The notes beneath the pieces were generated by a model that was not told the origin of the DNA, made no database searches, and saw only the letters and a list, made by a program, of their open reading frames with translations. This document shows positions 22,969 through 33,204 of a DNA stretch of 39,820 nucleotides, in pieces; the first letter of the stretch is position 1; each line of letters begins with the position of its first letter. The position numbers were made by a program, and so were the translations under genes. Origin of the DNA: Cyanophora paradoxa CCMP329 (lineage: Eukaryota; Plantae; Glaucophyta). The stretch lies in contig QPMI01000383.1 in assembly GCA_004431415.1 (NCBI GenBank), forward strand, positions 1 through 39,820. Reading direction: 5' to 3'.

Positions 22969-24210
22969 ATGGACGCCGCACCGCCCGCCTTCGCCAGCGC
23001 GATATTGACGGTCGATCTACGCTCTCGCGGGTGCGTCGGCCGCGCCCACCGCGCATGGCTGGCGCGGGTCGGTCATCGGCCTTTGCCAGCCGGACATGGA
23101 CACAGAAGTCCTTCTCTTCCTTTCCGATACTGATCTTGCGGCGCTGCGCCCGCAGTTTTGGGCATGACGCCGCCCTGACCCGCGACTCCACGCGCCCCCA
23201 CCGGCGGCTTCACGCCCCGTGAGTATTCCTGAGCTACATGTCCTCTGCGGCGTCCTGTCCCTCATAGTCACTGGCAGTGGGAGGTCGATCGTCGTCGCAG
23301 AATCTCCTGCGGCGGTCACGGCGGGGCCGTCATCGATCCAGGCCGCTCGCCCTCATTTCGAATTCGATCTCCCGATTGCCCTTGCTTCCGGGGCCGTCTT
23401 TCTCGATGCCGGTTAGTGGCCTGAGCTCCCCTTCTGCTGATTGCCTATCTCACTGTTGCTCGGCAGTTCTAGCGCTCAACTCTCAGGCTCCGTTGTTGTT
23501 CATGGCGGCCGGTCTCGTGACGGGCCTAAGCGCGTACCGCTGGATGCAAGGTTCGCGTTGGCCCCGTCACGACCTCAGGCGGAGGCGCTGAGCCCGGCGC
23601 AGTGAGCTGCCTGAGGCGAGCGTCCCGCAACCTGGTGGCGCGCGGCGAGGAGGTCACGCAGGCGTTCGAGGAGGTGCAGGAGGAGGTCGACCGTATCAAG
23701 AGCCGCGGGCAGGAGCACTGGAGGCACCTGCAGGACCTGGACGAGGAGACGCGGGCGCTCAAGCTGGAGGAGGAGCAGGGGCGCTCGCCCGCCGAGATCC
23801 TGTTCGAGCAGAGCCGGATACAGGCGATGAGGGACGAGGTCTCGTGCGACCTGATCACGCTCGGCGCCTGCGTCCAGCATGTCCGCCCCCCGCAGCCGCC
23901 CGCCCCTCCTCTGCGCGCCCCCCGACGCGCGCCCCGCAGGTCGACAACAAGGCGGACTACGCCTGCTCCCTGCGAACTGCTCTCGAGGGGGAGACTCGCG
24001 AGTTCAACCAGATGGCGCGCCCGCCCCGCCCCGCCCCGCCCCGCCCCGCGCCGGGCCGACCGGGCCGCGCTTACCGGCCCCGCGCAGGTGACGAGCGTGG
24101 ACCACTTCAGCCTGCTGCCCACCTGGAACTTCCTCGGCCTGAGCGAGGACGGGCAGCAGCAGCAGGGCAACGGCGGGCACCACCCCGGCGGCGGCCTCTC
24201 TGCCGCGTGA
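22969..24210 (+). CDS. Hypothetical protein with one hydrophobic segment and a coiled coil
   Basis: 3' exons splice cleanly with GT/GC-AG sites: APLLFMAAGLVTGLSAYRWMQ-VSCLRRASRNLVARGEEVTQAFEEVQEEVDRIK..VDNKADYACSLRTALEGETREFNQM-VTSVDHFSLLPTWNFLG..*. The 5' exons and start are uncertain. Confidence 0.6.
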
Positions 24211-25340
24211 GCCCCCGGCCGTACTTGGCCTCCATTACAACTATGCAGCGACGCAACTTCGTTTCAAATTTAGCTAGCTTTACTTAGTTGGGAGGGGGGA
24301 TTCTTTGATATCCATTGTTGCATATTGGGTCACGGGATAGTTATTTTGAGTTTGCTGTGTTTTTAGTTGCTCGTCAGCGTTGAATTTTCTGGAGCTTAGG
24401 TAGCGGATCGTTTTGCTATGGTACCTCTTCCGCACTTCGCGGAGTGCGATTGCGGATTTCGCCCCCGTTTCGAATTCCCCTGCGTGCCAGTCCTCTGTTG
24501 TTGGGGAAGGACCCCCTTCCCCTTCCCCCACTTAGGGGTGTTCGGGTGCCCACCCTAGGCCAAAATGAAATGTCCCGACCTCCCAAAAGCCGGGTTTTCT
24601 CGCCGGATCCTAGCAAGGCATGCCTCTAGGAGTCCGGAAACGTGTGCCGGGAGATTTGTGTCCCGTCGGGTCTACCAGGAATGGGCAATAACACGTTTTC
24701 AGAAAAAGTGTTGCAGCGCCTCGCCAAGATGCGATATATGTGCCGGAACAAGTGCGCCTGAATGCTCGTAACAAGCCCAATGAGTCATGTCATACATGCC
24801 GAGACCGGAGGGGCACATGGTGGCCCGCTAGGCCGCCTCAAGTACCTTTGTACTTGCCAGTCCGAGACTCGATCTGGCGTCAAGCTCCTGCGAGTTTGAG
24901 TTTTTGCAGGGTACAAGAAACATCAGCCTCGTTCTTAGCTGCATCGATATCAAGCTTCCACCGGCCGGGCGACATCGATATCGCTCAGCGGCTAGCGCGG
25001 TGCAACAGAGCTGCCCCGGCCGCGGCCGCCGGCCGCGGCTGCACCGGCGCCGATGGTTCTGATCCGGTCGCGGCCGGTGCCATGGCCATCTGCTCTTCCA
25101 CGTGCACCTCGAGCTCACCGGCAGGCGCGGCAGGCGCTCAGTACTGCGGCAGGCGCGCGGCAGGCGCGCGGCATGTGTTCTAGATGCAGCGATAGCGACG
25201 GCGCTATCAGCCGGCAACAAACTCATCGGCCGCTGCCACATGTACATGTACAGCGCTAGCCGGCGCCGGCGCGCGGCGCGGCGCGACCGGCCGGGAGCGG
25301 GCCGGGAGTGCGCGCGCGCGCGCGGCGGGCGGCAGCGCGG

Positions 25341-26200
25341 CTCGCGCGCCGGGCGGGGCGGAGATGCGGCGGGCGGTGGCGCGGCTCGACGGGCGGGGCG
25401 GAGGCGCGGCGGGCGGCGACGCGGCTTGACGGGCGGGGCGGAGGCGCAGCGGGCGGCAGCGCGGCTCGACGGGCGGGGCGGAGGCGCGGCGGGCGGCGAC
25501 GCGGCTCGACGGGCGGGGCGGAGGCGCAGCGGGCGGCAGCGCGGCTCGACGGGCGGGGCGGAGGCGCGGCGGGCGGCGACGCGGCTCGACGGGCGGGCGG
25601 AGGCGCAGCGGGCGGCAGCGCGGCTCGACGGGCGGGGCGGAGGCGCGGCGGGGGGCGGCGCGGAGGCGCAGCGGCGGCAGCGCGGCTCGACGGGCGGGGC
25701 GGAGGCGCGGCGGGCGGCGACGCGGCTCGACGGGCGGGGCGGAGGCGCAGCGGGCGGCAGCGCGGCTCGACGGGCGGGCGGAGGCGCGGCGGGGGCGACG
25801 CGGCTCGACGGGCGGGGCGGAGGCGCAGCGGGCGGCAGCGCGGCTCGACGGGCGGGGCGGAGGCGCGGCGGGGGCGGCGCGGAGGCGCAGCGGGCGGCAG
25901 CGCGGCTCGACGGGCGGGGCGGAGGCGCGGCGGGCGGCGACGCGGCTCGACGGGCGGGGCGGAGGCGCAGCGGGCGGCAGCGCGGCTCGACGGGCGGGGC
26001 GGAGGCGCGGCGGGGGGCGGCGCGGCTCGACGGGCGGGGCGGAGGCGCGGCGGGGGCGGCGCGGCTCGACGGGCGGGCGGAGGCGCGGCGGGGGGCGGCG
26101 CGGCTCGACGGGCGGGGCGGAGGCGCGGCGGGGGCGGCGCGGCTCGACGGGCGGGGCGGAGGCGCGGCGGGCGGCGACGCGGCTCGACGGGCGGGGCGGA
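25341..26200. repeat. GC-rich minisatellite, 40-bp unit, ~21 copies, partly arranged as an 80-bp A/B dimer
   Basis: Unit GCGGCTCGACGGGCGGGGCGGAGGCGC(G/A)GCGGGCGGC(GA/AG)C is read directly from 25381 onward. Copies are degenerate at both edges. Confidence 0.95.
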
Positions 26201-26298
26201 TCGGAGGCGCGGTGGGCCCGGGGCGGTGGCGGGGCTTGCAGGGCTTTTTGTTTAATTTCGATTTCGCTGCGAGCTGCTAGCGCTGCGGCCCAGGCCTA

Positions 26299-26318
26299 CG
26301 TTAACGTTAACGTTAACG
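26299..26318. repeat. Perfect 20-bp palindrome C(GTTAAC)3G
   Basis: CGTTAACGTTAACGTTAACG is its own reverse complement. Confidence 0.9.
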
Positions 26319-27691
26319 AGTATTTTAGAACCGTTGAACCCGCCTTGCACATCTTTGAGACGAGCTCTCGAGCAGGGGGCGGTGCACGTGGCGAGTCGAA
26401 TTGCAATTGATCATCATTGGCCTGCCAGGCTGTAAGTCGACGTCCCGGAGTCCTCTTTCGGCCAACGGTCACTAAGTCACCGGGTCCCATATGGCATATG
26501 GCCATTAGAGGTCCTTCCCCTCCAACAGGGGCAGTGCAACTGCAGTGACCCTGTTCCGTTCATACTCTTCCTCGTCGACGTCGACGCTGCAGCCTGGCCG
26601 ATACGTGCTCTCGAGTTTGAGCCCAGCCCCGCAATTAGCAACTCGGCAGACGCCCGCCGCGGGTGTGCATGCGCATCCTAGTACTCGTTAAGGTTGGGTC
26701 GGAGCGCTAGCGAAGCGCGCGGGATATCGATCAAGCTTGAAATCTGCCGCCCTTCTAGATGTCGATCGCGAGCTAATGATCAAGAGCCGTACGCGCGGCC
26801 GTGCGGCGGCGGCAGCTGAGCATGTACTAACCGTGCGGCGGCCGGCGCCTGATATCGATCGAGCAGTGACCAGTGAGCACTAACGCTATACTAGAAGCTA
26901 GCTGCCGTGGCCAGGCAGCGCCGCAACCGCTGCAGCTGTCGCCGGCGCCGCCGTACGCGTGCATGCGCCGCCGGCGGGCGGGCGGCGGGCGGCGGGCGCG
27001 CTCCGCGCGGCACTCTCGCCGCGCAAGTGATGAGCCGCGCGCTTGCGATTGGAGATCGACGCTCACTTGCAAATGGGGGAACGACTTTGGGGGGAGCGCG
27101 TTTGGGGGGAGCGAGTCGGTGTCTCACGTGCGACTCAAGAGAAATAGTCCCGTGCATCTGAGTATGCGTACCCCTTTCGCCGACATGGACTTGAAGCTCC
27201 CGTGCCGGTTGTCGAAGTCTAGATACCGCACCCCAGCGCGACGAGCGGCGACGAGCAGCGTCGAGCAGCGTCGGAGAGACGACGAGTACTGCACAGCACG
27301 CGCTCTGCCGCTCAGCGCGCTAGCTAGCTAGCGCTCCGGCGCGCGGACGTCGACGGCAATGCAAGTTTGCTTCGATACACGCTGAGCTCGCCACTCGCGC
27401 CGCGGAACATTGGAGCATTATTCTTGTGTAGACGACGTATATTCGTATTCAGTAGTGTGCACGCTGTGTGCCGTCGTCTTTGTGCACGGCGAAAGGATCG
27501 TCCGTCCGCCGTCGACGGCCGTTCCGTCGTTCTTGAGAACCGGCAAGCGCTTCTACGGTCAATCTTGTGAGCGTGCGCACCCCATGGAACGCTCGCACAG
27601 CAGCGGAAGGGCTGCGCGCCGGAATCAAAAACATTTTCGCCGCTGACCTTCTCGCGCAGATTGAGCTCCTGTTTAGTCGGTCTAGAGCGAA

Positions 27692-29942
27692 ATGGACGAA
27701 ACAGCTAAAATGAATGACCTGCTCCTGGCGGTACGCAGCGTCGTCTTGATCCGCTCGCTTCTTGCTATCTTCCACATCAAATCTGCGTCGCAGGGCAACC
27801 TGCTACTAAATGTAAATGGAAAACACGCGGCGAGCAGCGGAAGCTCAACCAGCAGCAGCAGCAGCAAAAGCTCGCACAGCTCCAGCTCCGCACATGCGGA
27901 AAAAAGCCGGCAGCTGAGCGAGGACGCTGTGCCGAGCTTCCTAAAACACGTTTCCATAGCCGGCAGCGACAGGTGCTTGCCGACTGCCTTTCTTTCTATT
28001 TCACGCTCGCCCCGCTTGAGCGACGCCCGCAGCGCGCGAGCGGACTCCGTGCAGTCGCCGTCGAAGATCCAGGACACTGGGGCGACTCCAATGCAGGTCG
28101 ACCCGCGTCAGCCGTCCTTCCAGGCGATCAACAGGATTGAGAACGGTCCCGGTGCGCCCCGAGGAACAGAAAAGAAAACAAAACAGAACAAAAGGAGAAC
28201 AAAGGGGCCAACAAGCGGGCGTCTTGCGGGAATCGCCTCTCTGCCCTAATTCATTTCGGCGCAGCGTCGTCGGGCTCCTCGGGCCCCGGCTCCTCCACGA
28301 GCTCCAGCGAGAGCCGCGAGCTCAGGTTCCCCCGCCCCGCCGCGCCCCGCGCAGGGAGGGGCCGGGCCGGCCGACCGACCGCTCGCTCGCGCAGCACGAG
28401 CCACGGCGGCGGGAGCAGCGGCTCCGGCTCCGACTCGCGGGAGCCGTCCCCCGCGGACCGTGCGCCCCCTGCCCGCGGCGAGGCCGCCTCCCCCTCTCAC
28501 GCGCCGCCCCTGCAGAGCCGTCGCCGAGCCCGTCGACCTCGACGGAGGCGAAGGCGGGGAGCACGGGCGGCGGGCAGCAGACATCGAAGAAGGGCGCCGC
28601 CTCGAGCAAGAAGCGGACGGGGTGCGCGCTGGCGGGGCGCGCCGGCGGGGCGGGGCGGGGCGGGGCGGGGCGGGGGCCGAGGCGGGGGGCGCAGGAGCAG
28701 CACACAGAGCGAGCAGGAGAAGGAGATGCTGGCCAAGTTCCGCAAGGAGTCCCACTCGGCCCTGGAGCAGCGGCGGCGGGACAAGATCAACGACGGGATC
28801 AACCAGCTCAAGGAACTCGTCGAGCCGTACTCCTCCAACGGCAAGTACGACAAGGCCTCCGTCCTCCGCAAGTCCATCGAGTACATCCAGCAGGTACCCC
28901 CTCCCTCCCTGCCTCCCCCCCCCCCCCCCCCCCCCCCCCCTCCTGGGCTGAGGGCGGGGCGCAGAGCCAGGCGCTGCAGCGGCGGCTCGTGGAGGAGAAC
29001 TTTGCCCTGCGCGAGGACAACGCGCAGCTCCAGGTGCCCCCCGCCGGCCCCCCGTCCTCCCGCCCCGCCGAGGCGCCCGCCCCGCAGGGCTGCCTCGAGG
29101 TCATCCGCACCGAGAACCGCCTCCTCCGCGTCGAGATCACGAAGCTCAAGCGCGCCCCGCCGCCCCGCCCCCGCCCCGGCCCCGCCCTGCTGACTGTGCG
29201 GGGGCAGCCCGAACCTGAAGCACCTGGAGGACGCGCCGCTGGAGGGCGTGCGCCACAACGGCGCGCACGGGCGCCACGTCCCCCACCCCCACCCCCCGGC
29301 CCCACCCCACCCCACGGCCACCCCACGCCACGCCCACCCGAGGGCCCGGCGCGCCCCGCCCGCCTTCCTCCCGCACCCGCACCACTCCCACGCGCACCAC
29401 GCCCACGCCCACGCCAAGGCCATCGGCGCCGTCCCGCCGCTGCCGGGCGCGGCGGGGCCGGAGCCGGGCGGCCCGTCTCCACCTCGAGCCACGTGCTCTC
29501 CCCGGCCGAGGCCCTCGCCCTCGCCGGCCTCTCCGTCGCCTCCGGCCTGCCCCCGCCCGCTCCCAGTGCGCAGCCCTCCCGGCCCCCTTCCCCGCCTTTC
29601 CGCTGTGCTCACGCCCCGCCCCGCCCGCAGCCGTCGCCGCCATCCCGGTCGTCCCCCAGATCGCCCCGGCGCCCCGTCCCGCCTTCGACGGCCCGCCCCC
29701 GGCCCCCCTCGCCCCGCCCCCGGGGGCCGCCCCCCTCGCCACCCAGGGCGGCCAGTCCCCCCGGTGATCCCTCGCCTCGGGAGGCCCTGCCCTCCTTCGC
29801 CGCTGCCGCGATGAACGTCCCTCGCTCATCCTTGCCTGCTTTTCTTTCTCTTGCCTTCCCCGTTCGCCTCGCCTCGGGTTCTGTCTTGGTAGAGCAGCCT
29901 GCATTTGATCGTGACATGCGATGTTCGCTAGCTGTCAACTAG
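27692..29942 (+). CDS. bHLH-leucine zipper transcription factor (USF/MITF/Cbf1-like, E-box binding class)
   Basis: RKESHSALEQRRRDKINDGINQLKELV..KYDKASVLRKSIEYIQQ (28741-28893) has the H-E-R basic residues, followed by heptad exons LQRRLVEENFALREDNAQLQGCLEVIRTENRLLRVEITKLK and a His/Pro-rich tail. 5' exons join from ATG 27692. The 3' end is uncertain (about 29770-29942). Confidence 0.88.
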
Positions 29943-30591
29943 CAGCACATCTGCGGTCTAGCAGCCTGTAATCTTGCCCCCCCTCTTTCTCCGCGCCTCA
30001 GTTGCACACAACGACCGCGCAAAAGACCATCAGATTTCATTTTTGCTTTACAGTTCGTTTAGGCAGTCCTCCCCGTGTGCTGGGAACCACATGCCTCCCT
30101 TTTCACGATCTCAGCGATGTACATTCTCGTTCCCGATGTTGACTCGATCCTAGAAGCTGCTCCCGACTCGAAGAGACGGAGCCTACATATTTCTATCGAC
30201 GTCAAACCCTTGTCCGCGCTGCGCGTGCAGCGGCGCGCGGCCGGGCCCCATGTGTACATCTTACTTCAATTTCAATTGCGAAAACCTTACCCTGCGCATG
30301 CTTGTCTATGATGGCGTCGCCACCGGCGCCGGCTCCAGAATCCACGCAGGGTCATGCTAGGCCTAGGTAGTTTATTTAATCTGGTGTTAACGTGTATATT
30401 CCTAAATTTGAAATAGAGAATTCAATGATTCGAAGTGCGCAATTCACGTTGAATGCAAGTCCCTGCTGCCTCGATCCCGCTCTGCCGCCATAGCCCGCGG
30501 CACGCATCACTTCCGCGTTTTGTTTTCGTATTCACAGATCGAAGGGGGGCCGGCCGAACGGCCCGGCCCCTCCGTGGCGGGGGGGTACGGC

Positions 30592-31933
30592 TCAGGCGTC
30601 GACGGGGAGCTCGCCGGAGTCGGCGACGGTGACGGTCTTGGAGGGGGTGCCGGACTCGGAGCCGATCTTCTCGACGCGGGCGACGACGTCCATGCCCTCG
30701 ATGACCTTGCCGAAGACCACTGCGCCCGCCCGCCCGCTCCCGTCGGCGCCCGCCGCCCCCGGCGCGAGCGCGGGGGCGCACCGTGGCGCCCGTCCAGCCA
30801 CGAGGTGACGACGGTGGTGATGAAGAACTGCGGCGCGTGAGCGCGGCGAGGCCGGGCCTGAGGCGGCGCGGCCTCCTCGCCGCCCGCACCTGGGAGCCGT
30901 TAGTGTCGGGGCCGGCGTTGGCCATGGACAGGTAGCCGGCGGCCTTGTGCTTGATCTTGAAGTCTGCGGGCGGGTCAGCGGCGCGGCCGCGCGGCAATCC
31001 GGGCACGGCGCGGCCAAACGCACTCTGCGCGGAACGCGGCTCAGCAAGCAGACGGCATGTCCCGAGTCACGGGGGCGGGCTCACCTCATCCTCGAAGCGA
31101 GCGCCGTAGATCGACTCGCCGCCGCGGCCGTCGCCAAGGGTGAAGTCTGCAGCAGGGTTCAGGCCGACATACATGCGCGGCGGCCTTCCGGACACACGCA
31201 CCACCGCCCTGGATCACTACACGACGCACGCGGTGGCCGCATGGTCAGGAAAGCATGCGATGATCGGGGCGACGAAAAGCGCACTGAAGTTGGGGATAAT
31301 ACTGCGCAAGGGACGTTCAGCGATCTAGTCGCAGCTCTGAAATCGACAGGACGTGGCGTACCGGTGGAACTTGGAGCCCTTGTAGTGGAGGGGCTTGCCC
31401 TGTGCTTACGTCAGCAACCCGCTACCGTAGCTCGCGGCTGGCAGCCGCCTGGGACTCTAGGACGGAATGCTTGCAAACTAAGGCGAACCGAGGTGCCAGT
31501 GCCCTTCTCGCCGGTGCAGAGGGCGCGGAAGTTCTCTGCAGGCCCGTGGTCACGCGTCGCCTGTGCCATTCGGGCGCGTGCGACGTACCGACGGTCTTGG
31601 GGACAGTGTTGCCGAAAAGACCCATCACCTAGACGGCATCGAACGCGTTCGGACGGCACAGCTGCGCGACAGAACGGGCCGAACGCACAATGCGGCCCGC
31701 CTTCTGGCCATCGATTTCCACGTCGAAGAAGACCTTGTGGGTGATCTTCTCGAGGTCGCCGCCGCCGCTCTTCTTGGCCTTCTTCGCAATCGGTCCGCGC
31801 TCATAGCGCAGGTGGCGGGTCCCGCAAGCACCTTCTTCGCCTCGGCCTGGAACGAGACGAAGCTGGACAAGAAGAGGACGCCGACGATAATCCCGAGGAG
31901 GCCGAGCCTCTTGCGGCTGCAGTCGAAGGTCAT
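30592..31933 (-). CDS. PPIB: Cyclophilin-type peptidyl-prolyl isomerase with signal peptide (cyclophilin B / plant CYP20-1-like), 12 exons
   Basis: Complete reconstruction: signal peptide [19 protein letters not shown]; [121 protein letters not shown]. Confidence 0.97.
31024..31024 (-). other. Predicted single-nucleotide exon (A) in the cyclophilin gene
   Basis: Minus strand reads GAT GAG|gtgagc..gctgag..cgcgcag|A|gtgcgt..gctgac..cgcag|AC TTC AAG. Flanking introns 31084-31025 and 31023-30964 are each 60 nt. The base restores the frame and the conserved DENF motif. Confidence 0.85.
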
Positions 31934-32027
31934 TCTTGCTGCAACGACGGTGTATCCCGGTCGGACACAGGGTACGCGAACACGAGACGACGTCGACGAG
32001 CTGGCGCTGCGGCGAGCCACGTCTGCG
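31934..32027. promoter_or_regulatory. Very short bidirectional promoter region (cyclophilin / Apd1-like)
   Basis: Only 94 bp separate the two divergent predicted ATGs (31933 and 32028). Contains GACGTCGAC at 31989-31997. Confidence 0.6.
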
Positions 32028-33151
32028 ATGGCAACGGCAGCCGCGAAATGTTCAACTTGCGGGGCAGTCGGACCGAGCGTGTGCGAGAACAAGGTCAGCT
32101 GCCCGGCTCAGCTCGAAGCGCTGTATCGATGCTTAGCTCGATGCGCCGCTTAGATGGTTGGCATCGACAAGTACATGAAGCACGTGTTCGTCGGCGCCGG
32201 GCCTCCTGCGTGCGTGGATCTTGTGCGCGTGCGTGTTTGGCCTCTATGGACGGGGCACGCAGTTCCTGGAAGCCGAAGCTGGAGGAAGATGCTGAGATCG
32301 GCTCCTTTCTTTCGGTAAGCGCTCGCGCTGCAGGCGTGCGCGCGCCAAGAGAAGCGTGGTCACTCCAAGCGCAGAAGCTGAAGAAGTCGCTCAAGAGCCG
32401 CGAGCCTCAGCTCGGCGGGAGCGTGAAGATCACGGGGGTGGAGGAGCCCGGCGCTGCGTCCACCCCAGGGCGCCGCGAGGTGCTCCTGTTCCCGGAAGCC
32501 GTCCGGTACAGCGTCGCAGAGGAGGACATCGAGGCGTTCGCGGCCGAGCTGGCGGGGGGCCCCCCGAGCAAGGAGATCCCGCGGCGGCCGCTCCCCACGA
32601 AGAACTTCGTGTTCGTCTGCTGCCACGGCTCGCGGGACCAGCGCTGCGGCGAGCTCGGGCCCGCCCTTCTGAGCGCGCTGCGGAGCAAGGCGGAGGAGCG
32701 GCGGCTCGGGGAGAGCGCCGCTGGCGGCAGGGGGGTCTGCTTGCGGGCGGTCTCCCACGTCGGGGGCCACAAGGTGCGCCGGGCAGTTCTCTTCCCCGTG
32801 CGAGCTCGAGGCGCTGAGCGCCGGGCCCCGCAGTGGGCGGGCAACGCGCTGGTGTACCCCTCGGGCCACTGGCTGGGGCTGCTCCAGCCGGCGCACGCGG
32901 AGGCCGTGCTGGAGTTCGCGGCCTCCGGCGCCACGGAGCTCCCCGCGCAGCTGCGCGGCCTCTGGCGCGGCCGCATGGGCACCTCCGAGGAGGAGCAGAA
33001 GGCCCTGCTCGCCGCCTGGCAGGCCGAGGAGGCCTGCCCCGCCCCCGCCCCCGCCCCCGCCCCCGCCCCCGCCCCAGCCAGCGGCTCCGCAGGGGCGCCC
33101 AAGGGCCTCCGCTCCAGGCTCCGTTCCTTCTTCGAGTCGCTTAGCGGCTGA
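32028..33151 (+). CDS. Sucrase/ferredoxin-like thioredoxin-fold [2Fe-2S] protein (Apd1/Aim32 family)
   Basis: Motifs KYMKHVFV..SWKPKLE, VLLFPE, FVFVCCHGSRDQRCGELGP, VSHVGGHKWAGNALVYP..W.G, LWRGRMG. The C-x8-C...H-x3-H ligand pattern is present. Spliced start ATG at 32028. Confidence 0.9.
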
Positions 33152-33204
33152 CTTCTGTTCGATTCGAAGGGGCGCCGTACACACAGCTAGCTATATAGCT
33201 GCCC

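Noticed and set aside
24280-25260. Transposase remnant or U1 snRNA
   Set aside because: No DDE, RT or Rep motifs in the short ORFs, no ATACTTACCTG-like U1 5' end, and no clear terminal repeats with target-site duplication.
25341-26200. CRISPR array or coding repeat (ORFs 25102..26280 and 25308..26255)
   Set aside because: Units are head-to-tail with no unique spacers and no cas genes. The ORFs are open only because the GC-rich unit lacks stops.
30964-31084. Cyclophilin pseudogene or assembly frameshift
   Set aside because: All catalytic motifs are intact, and a centrally placed AG|A|GT with two complete 60-nt introns supplies exactly the missing base.
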